46,129 bases of DNA, taken from NCBI GenBank assembly GCA_964599205.1, contig CAZRFG010000001.1:1-46129 (forward strand), in the 5' to 3' direction. The DNA comes from an uncultured Victivallaceae bacterium (GTDB taxonomy: Bacteria > Verrucomicrobiota > Lentisphaeria > Victivallales > Victivallaceae). Of this stretch, positions 27,044 to 36,071 are shown piece by piece. The notes below the pieces were generated by a model, which was not told the origin of the DNA, searched no databases, and saw only the letters and a program-made list of their open reading frames with translations. Position numbers and translations under genes: made by a program. Each line of letters opens with the position of its first letter. Position 1 is the first letter of the stretch.

Positions 27044-27518
27044 GGGATGCTTCCCCCGGCTTGACCGGGGCCTCCACTTTGAATACGATTTTGCGGGCCC
27101 GCTCCGGCGACGCCGGATGGCGCAGGCCGGGCGAATGCCCCTCCCCGGGGGCAAAGCTGACGAAGTGGCCGGGAGCCGCCACCATGGTGGTGGCGGCGGC
27201 GGGGTCGAGTTCGTACAGCACATCGTCGCTTCGCGGGGTGAAGTCCTCGATCAGCGGCATCGCCGCCACCGAGGCGAAGCAGAGCATCTCGGCCCCCTCC
27301 AGCGGCACATGGATATCGATGTAACGGCGGTGGATTTCGAGCTTGGCGCGGCCATAGTCGCGCGGCGCATACTCCTGGACCAGCGCCAGCACGCGGTCGC
27401 CGTCGAGCGGATATTTGCCGGGCGCGACTCCGGCGGCGGCCGCCGTAAACGCAGTGATCAGGCCGGCGGCGGCGGGGTCGATTTCGGACGCGAGATTGGA
27501 CAAAAGGTCTATTTTCAT
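27036..27518 (-). CDS. YhcH/YjgK/YiaL (DUF386, EbgC-like) family protein
   Basis: Size ~160 aa. GKYPLDGD..ALVQEY.., EIHRRYIDIHVPLEGAE, and GHFVSFAPGEGHSPG. Confidence 0.7.
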   Translation of the reverse strand: MKIDLLSNLASEIDPAAAGLITAFTAAAAGVAPGKYPLDGDRVLALVQEYAPRDYGRAKLEIHRRYIDIHVPLEGAEMLCFASVAAMPLIEDFTPRSDDVLYELDPAAATTMVAAPGHFVSFAPGEGHSPGLRHPASPERARKIVFKVEAPVKPGEASHE

Positions 27519-27553
27519 TGCTGTTCTCCTGGATGAATGACGGGGCGATGCAA

Positions 27554-28999
27554 TCAGTTGTCAAAGCCGGGCGGACGGTAGGCGGCGTCGCCGCCGCAGC
27601 GTTTCCACTCGCGGAACAGCAGCAGCAAAAACACCAGGCCGATGCCGAAGAAAATGAAGGTCCAGACCGGGACGAAGCGGTAACAGTAATCGCGGCCCCA
27701 CACCTCCGCCGGCAGCCACTGCCGGATGAAGTCAAAAGTCACCCCCACCGCCAGCCCGGCGAGGATGCTGAAGAGCGACACCATCATATAGCAGGCCGAA
27801 CAGAACTGCCCGAAGCGGCTGGCCGGAAGCAGCCGCATGATCATCGGACTCATCGCCGCCATGTACATCACATTGAGCGGCAAAGTGAAAGCGGTGATGC
27901 CGATGAGGATGTAAAAATTGACCTGCGGCGAAAAGGTTTTGACCAGCCAGATCATATTGAGCGCGGTGGCGGCGAGAATCCCGATTTTGACCCAGACCAT
28001 CACCCGCAGCGGGTGGAGCCGGTCGGCCAGCGCGCCGGCGGGATAGAGCAAGATCGCGGTGAGGATTTGCGCCACGCCGAGAATCTTGCCGTGCTGGCCG
28101 AGGGTCACTCCGAGCGAAAGGTTGAGAAAGATGGTGAAAATATAGCTCGCGCCGCCGATGTTCCAGCAGGCGGTGTGGAGAAAATAATACCAGTAGAGGC
28201 GGTGGACGAAGCACTCGGTAAAGTAGGTCTTGACTTCGGAACGGAATCCTTTGCGCTTGTCCACCGTCTCCGGCGGCGGGGGATACTCGCCCTCTTTGAC
28301 CTTCCAGCACATCTGCATGAAACTGATGAAATAGAGCACCGCCACCCCCAGCAGGATTTCCCGGGTGTGGGATTCGCCGAACTGAAAGATGAAGTAGTTG
28401 TAAAAAGCCCCGGCGAGAATCCCGGCGATCCGGAAAAGCGCGTAGAAACGCGTGAGATGGGTTTCCGGCACCACGTCGTTGAGGAGATAGCTGAAGATCA
28501 AATTGCTGATCAGGTCGAAGAACCGGTAGCCCATCATGAATACCGCAATGCAGCCGATCACCACCGCCGCCGGCGCGATCTGCGAACCTGCCAGCAAGGT
28601 GCGCGAAAGAAGATGTCCGATCTCCGGCGAAAACGCCATCAGCAGCAGAAAGAGCGCGATGAACGGGGTCGAAATGATCAGGAACGGAATCCGCCGCCCC
28701 CACCGGGTGCGGAGGCGGTCGGAGTGAAAACCGAGAATCGGGCTCACCACCGTCGCCATCGCGGTCGGCGCCGCGGTCAGCACCGCCGCCATCACCCAGT
28801 TCGGCGTATTGAGCGCCTTGAGCTTGAGCGGAATGATGCTCGGGATCACCTGTTCCATCAAGGTGAAGCAGAAATCCCCCCAGAGCAGCCAGAGGAAAAG
28901 CATCGCCAGGCCGGTTTTGGTATAGACCAGCGTGCCCTTGACGAAGTGCTTCGGCTCCGGCGCGGCGGGGATTTCAACGTTGACGGCGGCATCGGACAT
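27554..28999 (-). CDS. MFS-type transporter (glycoside/cation symporter-like)
   Basis: About 12 hydrophobic segments. HSDRLRTRWGRRIPF resembles the GPH/MFS loop motif. Confidence 0.75.
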   Translation of the reverse strand: MSDAAVNVEIPAAPEPKHFVKGTLVYTKTGLAMLFLWLLWGDFCFTLMEQVIPSIIPLKLKALNTPNWVMAAVLTAAPTAMATVVSPILGFHSDRLRTRWGRRIPFLIISTPFIALFLLLMAFSPEIGHLLSRTLLAGSQIAPAAVVIGCIAVFMMGYRFFDLISNLIFSYLLNDVVPETHLTRFYALFRIAGILAGAFYNYFIFQFGESHTREILLGVAVLYFISFMQMCWKVKEGEYPPPPETVDKRKGFRSEVKTYFTECFVHRLYWYYFLHTACWNIGGASYIFTIFLNLSLGVTLGQHGKILGVAQILTAILLYPAGALADRLHPLRVMVWVKIGILAATALNMIWLVKTFSPQVNFYILIGITAFTLPLNVMYMAAMSPMIMRLLPASRFGQFCSACYMMVSLFSILAGLAVGVTFDFIRQWLPAEVWGRDYCYRFVPVWTFIFFGIGLVFLLLLFREWKRCGGDAAYRPPGFDN

Positions 29000-29018
29000 G
29001 ATGACTCATTGCTCCCGG

Positions 29019-31541
29019 TTATTCGGCGACGAATTTGAGACTGTACAACTCGGCATCCGGCATCGAAATCCGGAGCCGGAAGGGCGAAGACGGCAGCGTT
29101 TTGAGCTTGCCGCCGCTCCACTTGAGTCCGGCGGCGGTGCCGTCGCCGCTGAAACCGGCGGCGTTGTCGCCGCAGTAGCCGGCAATTTCCTTGCCGCCGG
29201 CGGTGAGGACTTCGACTTTGAGCGGAGCGGCACCGGTTTTGGCATTGACCTCGAGCTGGTTGCCGGGGGCAACGAGCACCCGGCTCAACAGCCGCGCCTC
29301 CGGGCCGCCCCGGACCGCCAGCCAGCCGTCTTTGCGGAAGACCGCGAGGCCGATCGCGTCGTTGGCGTTGAGCATATCTTTGGCGAGGCCGTCCCAGCCG
29401 CCGATTTCCTTGAAGTAAGGCCACTCTTCGGCGAGCTTGCGGCCGCCGAACCCGCGGCGCAGGAACTCGCCGTTGAGGTAGGAGAGATCGTCCTTGCCGG
29501 AGTCGTAGAAGTGGAGATGGTGATAGACCGAGCCGAGCACCTGATGGAATTTGCCGTCGCGCTCGAGCGGCGTCTCCTCGGTGAAGATCATCCCGAAGTT
29601 CCACGAACCGACCGGACCGTTGGCGATGAAGGGCGTCGAACCCGGAATCCGCCGCCAGTCGAGGCCGTCGCGACTGTAGATGAGTTCGGTGTAAATCTGC
29701 TGTTTGGTCGCATGATAGGCGTGGAGGTAGCCGATATAGAAGTCCTTGTCCACCCGGAACGAATGGAGCCCGTAGTGCTGGTAACTCCAGTGGTCGCTCT
29801 CCTCGGGCAGCGTCAGGTAGCGCCGCTGCCAGTTGATCCCGTCATGGGTGTAGTGGATGCGCAGAATCCGGTGGGCCTGGCGGATGTTGTCGTACTCGAT
29901 GGTGAAGGGTTCAAAGCGGCGGAGCTTGGCGGCGCGGGTGTAGAACAGCGTTTTGCCGTCATCGCTCAGGAACTGGGGGGCAAAGTTGTCGTTGCTGTCG
30001 CGCTCGGTTTCGAGCTCGTCGGAGCCGAACTCGAATTTGTCGACCAGCAGCGGTTCGCGGGTCAGCACCAGCCATTCGCCGGGCCGCTTTTCCCACACCG
30101 GATAGGTACCCCATTTGACCAGGCCGTATTTGGCGGCGTCGCAGACGAAGGGCGGGAACCACTGCATCCGGATTTCGGCAAGCGGCGGCACGCCGTCGCG
30201 TTCACGGTCGTAAAAGAGCACTTTGGCGTCTTCGAGTTTGGTCTTCACCCCCCACTTCGGCACTGCCGGCGGCGGCGGGGCAAAGGGGGACGGCATCGGG
30301 CGGTTGGGCTTGCCGGTCGGCGACTGATCGGCGATCTGCCAGTTTTTCAGGTCTTTGCTGAAAGCGAAATGGTATTTGCGATCCTTGCCGCTGCGGAGCG
30401 CGTCGGAAAAGAAGACCACGAAATTGCCGTCGGCGTCGCAGTTGAGGTTGGCGCTTCCCCGCGACTGCTGGACGCTGCGGCCGGGACCGAGCAGCGGGGT
30501 GGTGACCCGGGTGACTTCGGCGGGAACGACATCGACCTTGACGCCGTTCCGCTCGGCAAAGTGAAAGTCGTCGACCGGGAAGATCTTGCGTCCCGCCACC
30601 GCCACCGGTTCGGCCGGGAGCTCCGCCGGTTTGCCGCGGTCGATCCGCAGCATCCGCTTCAAGTCGCCCTTGAGGGGGCTCGCCGGATCGACCGGAGCGA
30701 GGGTCACCAGATAGCGGCCGTCGGGGTACTTCGCGAGGTCGAATTCGACCCGGTGTTCGCCCGCCTTGACATTCAGCTTGCGTTCTTCGATCGCGGCGCC
30801 GCCGTTTTCCGGAGTGACCGTCAGTTTGACTTCGGTCGGCTGGAGCCACGGCATGCCGGTCAGCTTCAGCTCGGCGACCGGCTGCGAACGGTAGACCGGC
30901 AGCCGGAAGTCGCCGCTCAAGGCCTGGTTGAACCAGGAGAGTTTGGACCCGGAGCGTCCGGCCTCGTAGATTTCGACTTCGCGGATGTAGGAACCGCGTT
31001 CGGCCTCGGGGATGATTCCCGGCTGGGAAACGCTCCGGCCGGTGGCGCCGGAACGGGTCACCACGATCCGCACCGCCGAAACGGTGGTCGGCTTGAAATT
31101 GTGTTCGTAGAAATAGGCGGCGTTGGAGCCTGCATTCGACTTGATGTAGCCGGGCTGGCCGGTCGCTTTGGCGAGCGGATGCCAGTATCCGTTGTTGAAG
31201 CCTTCGACGGTGTAGTCGGCAATGCCGCAGTCGCCCGAGGGGTTGGGCGCGTAGATCGTCATCCCCGGAAAAATGCGGACCAGATTGATCTGAACCGGGG
31301 CCGGAAAATTGATCTCAAGCGTGGCCGGCACCCCGGCGAGCTTGACTGCCGAACCGTCGTCGTAATTGCCGTCGAGAACTTTGACAGCGTCGACTTTGCT
31401 GCCGTCGGCGTTGATCGCGGCGGCCCGGCTGCCATAGAGCGACGAGGCCACGTTGTTGCGATCGACCGGGGGCGCGGCGGCGACGGCGGCTCCGGCGAGC
31501 ATCGCGGCGGCGAGCAGGATACAGCGGCGTACAGTGGTCAT
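29019..31541 (-). CDS. Secreted multidomain protein: discoidin (F5/8 type C, CBM32-like) domain plus a predicted beta-propeller glycosidase-like region
   Basis: Signal peptide MTTVRRCILLAAAMLAGAAVAAA. VKVLDGNYDDGS..INLVRIFPG..VSAVRIVVTR..IREVEIYEA is a discoidin pattern. The C-terminal half has repeated beta-strand/DG motifs (low confidence). Confidence 0.6.
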   Translation of the reverse strand: MTTVRRCILLAAAMLAGAAVAAAPPVDRNNVASSLYGSRAAAINADGSKVDAVKVLDGNYDDGSAVKLAGVPATLEINFPAPVQINLVRIFPGMTIYAPNPSGDCGIADYTVEGFNNGYWHPLAKATGQPGYIKSNAGSNAAYFYEHNFKPTTVSAVRIVVTRSGATGRSVSQPGIIPEAERGSYIREVEIYEAGRSGSKLSWFNQALSGDFRLPVYRSQPVAELKLTGMPWLQPTEVKLTVTPENGGAAIEERKLNVKAGEHRVEFDLAKYPDGRYLVTLAPVDPASPLKGDLKRMLRIDRGKPAELPAEPVAVAGRKIFPVDDFHFAERNGVKVDVVPAEVTRVTTPLLGPGRSVQQSRGSANLNCDADGNFVVFFSDALRSGKDRKYHFAFSKDLKNWQIADQSPTGKPNRPMPSPFAPPPPAVPKWGVKTKLEDAKVLFYDRERDGVPPLAEIRMQWFPPFVCDAAKYGLVKWGTYPVWEKRPGEWLVLTREPLLVDKFEFGSDELETERDSNDNFAPQFLSDDGKTLFYTRAAKLRRFEPFTIEYDNIRQAHRILRIHYTHDGINWQRRYLTLPEESDHWSYQHYGLHSFRVDKDFYIGYLHAYHATKQQIYTELIYSRDGLDWRRIPGSTPFIANGPVGSWNFGMIFTEETPLERDGKFHQVLGSVYHHLHFYDSGKDDLSYLNGEFLRRGFGGRKLAEEWPYFKEIGGWDGLAKDMLNANDAIGLAVFRKDGWLAVRGGPEARLLSRVLVAPGNQLEVNAKTGAAPLKVEVLTAGGKEIAGYCGDNAAGFSGDGTAAGLKWSGGKLKTLPSSPFRLRISMPDAELYSLKFVAE

Positions 31542-31562
31542 CGGAAGATCCTTTCCAACCGG

Positions 31563-32273
31563 TTATTTGCCGGGCACGGTGATTTTAACTTCGTCGAAAT
31601 AGACCGCCGCGCCCGGCTTGGCGGGGGCTGCGCCGAAAGTCAAACTGGCGATCGAGCGCGGTTCGCCCGCCAGATCGAGCACCGCAAGATCCACGGTCTT
31701 GCCCTCAAGCTCGGCCTTGAACGTGCACTTCCGGTTGGCGCGGTCAAAAGCGGCGGTGATCCGGGTCCAGCTGTCCGGCGTCAGCTTGTAGCCGCTGCGC
31801 TGCCAGCGCGGGGTGCTGCCCGTGCGGACCATCAGGGTGCCGCTTTCGCCGGTCGCCAGCGCGGCGATTTCGACCGGTTTTTTGGTCGCCTCATCGACCC
31901 CGCGGATGGCAAAGGTCAGCTCGGAGCCGTTCGGGCGGTAGGCCCAGATTTCGATTTCCGCATCGGAATCGGCGGGGACCGGCTTTTTGGGCACCGCAAG
32001 CCCGAGAGTCTGGGCTTTTTCCATCCGGGTGACCTTCAGCGAATTTTTGCCCACCGCGGCCTGGTCGGCGCTGATCGACACCGCCTGGTCGGCGCCGAAG
32101 ACGCCCCAGTAGCCGCCGAGTTGCGGCGACATCATGGTGTACCCGTTGACCGAGAGCTTGCCGAAAAAGGCGGTGTCCTCAAAGCCCTGCTCAAGCACTG
32201 TCACCGGATCGGCGGCGAACAGTTTCGCGGACAACAGAACCAAGATCCCGCACCACATCGTTTTTCCAGTCAT
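31563..32273 (-). CDS. Secreted jelly-roll (LamG/CBM-like) protein
   Basis: AAGGAG RBS before the ATG at 32273. Signal peptide MTGKTMWCGILVLLSAKLFAAD. The protein ends in ..VYFDEVKITVPGK. Confidence 0.6.
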   Translation of the reverse strand: MTGKTMWCGILVLLSAKLFAADPVTVLEQGFEDTAFFGKLSVNGYTMMSPQLGGYWGVFGADQAVSISADQAAVGKNSLKVTRMEKAQTLGLAVPKKPVPADSDAEIEIWAYRPNGSELTFAIRGVDEATKKPVEIAALATGESGTLMVRTGSTPRWQRSGYKLTPDSWTRITAAFDRANRKCTFKAELEGKTVDLAVLDLAGEPRSIASLTFGAAPAKPGAAVYFDEVKITVPGK

Positions 32274-32305
32274 TTCGGACACTCCTTTGCGTTTTTGGTT
32301 TCGGT

Positions 32306-35053
32306 TTAAAAATATAACTTCAAAGTGACGATTTCGCGAGGTCCGGCGCTGACTGTGACCGCGTGATCGCGGACCCTCAACCGCTCCGGCATGGTTTCGT
32401 CGAGCCGGCATTTCTCGACGTATTTGACGGCGACGGCGGGAAAACGCACCGCAACTTGCCGGGGTTCCGCGGCGAGACTGTAGAACCGCAGCACCATCGC
32501 CGGGCCGCGCTCCGCCGCCTTCAGGGCGGTCATCACCATCGCCGGATCGTTGATTTCGCAGAGCGACAGCGAAGGCGGCAGCGCCACGGCGGCATATGGG
32601 TCGGGGCGGAAAAAGATTTCCGAGAGGTCGCTCTCCTGAACGCACGGCCGGCCGCCGCTGAATTTCAAGGGATCGCAACTGTCCGAGCGGCTCAGCGGCG
32701 GATTGAGGAAATCGATTGCCGCGCTCGCTTCGTCGGCGACGGAGTCGGAACCGTCCCCCGGCAGCAGCGCCAGCCGCCCCTCGATGGTGCGCAGACACTG
32801 ATTTTCCGGCGCAATCCAGTCGTCGTCAAGCGGCTTTTCAAAATAACCGGTGATGTAGCGGGTGCCGCGCACCAGGGTGATGCCGAGTTCGCCGGTGCGG
32901 TCGCGGTAATTCTGATACCCGTGCAACCCCTCGACCAGCACCGCCATTCCGCCCTGCTTCGGGTTGCGGATTTTGACGAATTCAAAGGCCGGTTCGTGCT
33001 CGTCGTCCGCCGGTTGCGGCCGGACCGCGTGCTTGTCGCGCTCGACCGCGTCGAACATCGATGACGCCAGCGTGCGGCCGGAGTCGATGCCGGTCCGGAC
33101 CACCGCCCGCAGACAGTGGTCATTGACCCGGTTTTCCAGCTTGAAATCGATTTCGAGATAGGGACAGTCGCGCCGCAGTTTGAACGTGAGTGCGACCGGC
33201 ACCTCGACCAGTTCGGATGAACGGGTGCGGGAAGCCGGATCGGCTTCGCGCGGCAACCGCAGCGTGTAGTCGAGATGCGCCACGCTCTCCACCGCATGGT
33301 CGACGAATTCGACGCGATCCGGCATCAGGCCGCGAGTGGAGAACAAGCCGCCTTCGGGACCGGGGCGGTGGGAATAGCTGTCGCCGAAGTCGGCGGCGTC
33401 TTCCAGCGCAAACACATCCTCGAATCGACGGCCGCGGCGTTTGTCGACGAGGTCGATCCGGCCGTCGCGGCCGATTTCGACTTTGAGGAAGCGGTTTTCA
33501 AAACGGAGCGCCGGCGCTTCCGCCACCTTTTCGGCGCGGCGGACCATGTAGACCCGGTATCCGGTGGCCGGCAGTTCGGCGATGAAACGGATCCGGTGGC
33601 GGTCAACCGGCATCCGGCCGGGAAGATTGATCGGACTGCGCAAGCGGCGCTCGTTTTTTTCGGAGCTGACCATGCGGAAGGGAACCGGCCGGCCGGCGTC
33701 GTCAAAAAGTCCGAATGTTTCAATTTTCTCGTCGCTTTTGAGATCGACGTCGGTTTCGACCAGCGCGGTGCGGCCAAAAGGCAGGGTGTTGACCGCGAGC
33801 ACGTAATAATCGTCCGGCCGGCTGCCGCCGGGATTGAGGTGGGAGCCCAGCAGCCGCATTTTTTCCTCCAGCAGCAGTTCGCCGGCTTCGGCGATCCGGG
33901 CGAAGCGATCCTCCATGTGACGATGGACCGCGTCACGGGAACAGCCGCAGATCGAGTCATGGGGATGGTTGTGGATCAGCGTCTTCCAGAGATAAGCGAG
34001 GACTTCGCGGTCATACGCATCGCGGCCGAAAGGCAGCATCCGGAGCATCGAATTGAGCACCTCCAGCCGCCGGGCAAGGAAATTTTCGGTGCGGATGTTG
34101 GCGATTTTGAGATAAACCCGGCTGGAGAGGGTGCCCTGGAGAATCCAGCGGTCGTTGCCGACGCGCTTCTCGCCGGGCTCGACGGAGGGAGACACGAGTT
34201 CGCGCCGCACCCCCTGGCAGAAGTCGAAAAGGGTGCTCTGGATGATGCGGTCTCTGGCCGGCAGCCGGCGCTGAAGCGCGGGCAAAATTTCGAGCAGATT
34301 CTCCTGCGCTTCGAGGTGGTCGACGCCGTTCATCAGCAGATATTGCGAAGTCGAAGTCACCGGTTCGAGTTTTTTGCGGGCGAGCTCGAAAAAACCGGCC
34401 GCCCGCTCGGGATCGGCGGAGAACCGCTGGGCGTTGTTGTAGAAATTGGCCATCTGGATCGCCAGCAGCCGGGACCCGTCCGGGCCCTGCCAGATGAATT
34501 CGGCTTTGGCCCCGCTCTCCGGGGTGCAGATCCGGCCGCGACCGAATATCACGCTGTCGAGCCCGAAGCCGCGCCCGAGCTGCGGCAGCTGCGAAACCAA
34601 ACCGAAGTGATCGGGGGTGTAGACCACCATCCGGTCGCTCCCGCCGAACTCTTTGACCATTTTGCCCCCGATCAAAAGGTTGCGCACGGTCGCTTCGCCG
34701 CCGGTCAGAAAAAGGTCGTTCTGGACGTACCACGGGCCGATCAGAATATTGCCGCGTTTGATCGCCCGCTTCAACCGGCGGCGGTTTTTCGGCTTGATCT
34801 CGAGATAGTCCTCCAGCACGATGGTCTGGGCGTCGAGATGGAAGACGAATTCCGGCTCCTTCTCCACCAGTTCAAGCAGATGGTCGATCAGCCGCACCAG
34901 CCGGAGGCGGAACTTTTCAAAAGGTTCGTACCACTCGCGGTCCCAGTGGGTGTGACTGATCACGTGATAAGTGTTGCTCATTGTCGCCAATCCTGTTGCC
35001 GAATTTGCTGTTGTATTGCCTGAGATGTCAGGCATGGTGCATATCATTCTCAT
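32306..35053 (-). CDS. GH38 alpha-mannosidase (MngB-like, cytoplasmic)
   Basis: HVISHTHWDREWY, IGPWYVQNDLFL, and YTPDHFGLVSQLPQL. The ATG at 35053 makes an ATGA overlap with the upstream stop. The alternative ATG at 34981 (MSNTYHVISHTHWD) has an AGGA RBS. Confidence 0.85.
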   Translation of the reverse strand: MRMICTMPDISGNTTANSATGLATMSNTYHVISHTHWDREWYEPFEKFRLRLVRLIDHLLELVEKEPEFVFHLDAQTIVLEDYLEIKPKNRRRLKRAIKRGNILIGPWYVQNDLFLTGGEATVRNLLIGGKMVKEFGGSDRMVVYTPDHFGLVSQLPQLGRGFGLDSVIFGRGRICTPESGAKAEFIWQGPDGSRLLAIQMANFYNNAQRFSADPERAAGFFELARKKLEPVTSTSQYLLMNGVDHLEAQENLLEILPALQRRLPARDRIIQSTLFDFCQGVRRELVSPSVEPGEKRVGNDRWILQGTLSSRVYLKIANIRTENFLARRLEVLNSMLRMLPFGRDAYDREVLAYLWKTLIHNHPHDSICGCSRDAVHRHMEDRFARIAEAGELLLEEKMRLLGSHLNPGGSRPDDYYVLAVNTLPFGRTALVETDVDLKSDEKIETFGLFDDAGRPVPFRMVSSEKNERRLRSPINLPGRMPVDRHRIRFIAELPATGYRVYMVRRAEKVAEAPALRFENRFLKVEIGRDGRIDLVDKRRGRRFEDVFALEDAADFGDSYSHRPGPEGGLFSTRGLMPDRVEFVDHAVESVAHLDYTLRLPREADPASRTRSSELVEVPVALTFKLRRDCPYLEIDFKLENRVNDHCLRAVVRTGIDSGRTLASSMFDAVERDKHAVRPQPADDEHEPAFEFVKIRNPKQGGMAVLVEGLHGYQNYRDRTGELGITLVRGTRYITGYFEKPLDDDWIAPENQCLRTIEGRLALLPGDGSDSVADEASAAIDFLNPPLSRSDSCDPLKFSGGRPCVQESDLSEIFFRPDPYAAVALPPSLSLCEINDPAMVMTALKAAERGPAMVLRFYSLAAEPRQVAVRFPAVAVKYVEKCRLDETMPERLRVRDHAVTVSAGPREIVTLKLYF

Positions 35054-36066
35054 TTGCCGTCGAGTTGAGCCGGACTCAATTCATTGAGCAACGGCCGTCC
35101 GGATATCCTTCGCCTGACGTTCTCCACCCAGATTTCCCAGATCCGCTCAAGAAACCGGGTGCTGCCGCTGGAGCCGGAAATGTGGGGGGTCAGGATCACG
35201 TTGTCCATCTCCCACAGCGGATGCCCGGGCGGCAGCGGGTAATAATAATGGGTGTCGAGCGCCGCCCCGGCGATGGACCTCTGCCGGAGCGCCTCGATCA
35301 GCGGCTGCTCCTCGATCAGAGGGCCGCGGGCGGGGTTGAGGATGAACGCGTGCGGCGGCAGCATCGCCAGCTCGGCGCGGCCGATCATGCCGCGGTTGCC
35401 CGGCGTCAGCGGCACCGACAAAATCAGAAAATCAAGGCCGCCAAGGAACTCCTTTTTCGCCGCCGGCGCGAAAACGCGGTCGGGGAAAATACCCTCCGGA
35501 TCGCCGGAACCGGGGACGCAATAGCAATCGGCGCGACTTTTGAGCCGGCCGTCGGAGGTCATCACGTGAACCGTCAGGCCCAGCGCTTTGGCCAGGCGGG
35601 CGGTCTGGCGGCCGATGCCGCCGTAGCCCCAGATCCCGACCGTGAGGCCCCGGATTTCACGCTGGAAACGGGAATCGCGGTCCCACGCGCGGGCGGCCTG
35701 ATTGCGCATCATCGCCGGAAGGTCGCGCCGGAGATTGATCATCATCGCCAGATTCCACTCGGCGATCGGAATATCCTGAACCCCCGCCGCGTTGCAGGCG
35801 CGAATGCCGCGGATATTGAGGTCGCAATCGAGGAGCTGGGTGTAACCGGCCGAGGCGATCTGGATTACCTTGAGCGCGGCCATCGCCCGGTGATTCGACG
35901 GCAGGCAGGTCCCGAAAAACATTTCGGCGCCGGCGATCAGCTCCTCCGGCAGCGGACGCGCCGCTTCCGAGGGCTCCGGAGTCAACGCGATCTCAAGACC
36001 GGAAATCTGTTTGAGTTCGGCCAGTCCGGCCGGTTCGACCGGCATGTCGATCAGTAGTTTCATCAT
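35050..36066 (-). CDS. D-isomer-specific 2-hydroxyacid dehydrogenase family protein
   Basis: GLTVGIWGYGGIGRQTARLAKALGLTV (NAD fold), ILNPARGPLIEE, GAALDT, and TPHISG. Confidence 0.85.
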   Translation of the reverse strand: MMKLLIDMPVEPAGLAELKQISGLEIALTPEPSEAARPLPEELIAGAEMFFGTCLPSNHRAMAALKVIQIASAGYTQLLDCDLNIRGIRACNAAGVQDIPIAEWNLAMMINLRRDLPAMMRNQAARAWDRDSRFQREIRGLTVGIWGYGGIGRQTARLAKALGLTVHVMTSDGRLKSRADCYCVPGSGDPEGIFPDRVFAPAAKKEFLGGLDFLILSVPLTPGNRGMIGRAELAMLPPHAFILNPARGPLIEEQPLIEALRQRSIAGAALDTHYYYPLPPGHPLWEMDNVILTPHISGSSGSTRFLERIWEIWVENVRRRISGRPLLNELSPAQLDGK

Positions 36067-36071
36067 TTGCC

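Noticed and set aside
28932-32309. 1125-aa plus-strand ORF spanning three minus-strand genes
   Set aside because: It is a low-complexity G/A/R/E/D-rich translation that crosses intergenic gaps of the real minus-strand genes. It is a GC artefact. The same applies to 37577-40108 (+), 33275-35023 (+), 24765-26105 (+), 27518-29038 (+), 467-1738 (-), 7541-9175 (-), 17253-18512 (-), 22438-23529 (-), 42653-43846 (-) and 43773-44867 (-).
35018-35033. Hairpin GCCTGA-GATG-TCAGGC between the 2-hydroxyacid dehydrogenase stop and the downstream ATG of GH38
   Set aside because: The 6-bp stem has no U-tract. It lies inside the GH38 ORF if the ATGA-coupled start at 35053 is used. That is too weak to call a processing or terminator element.
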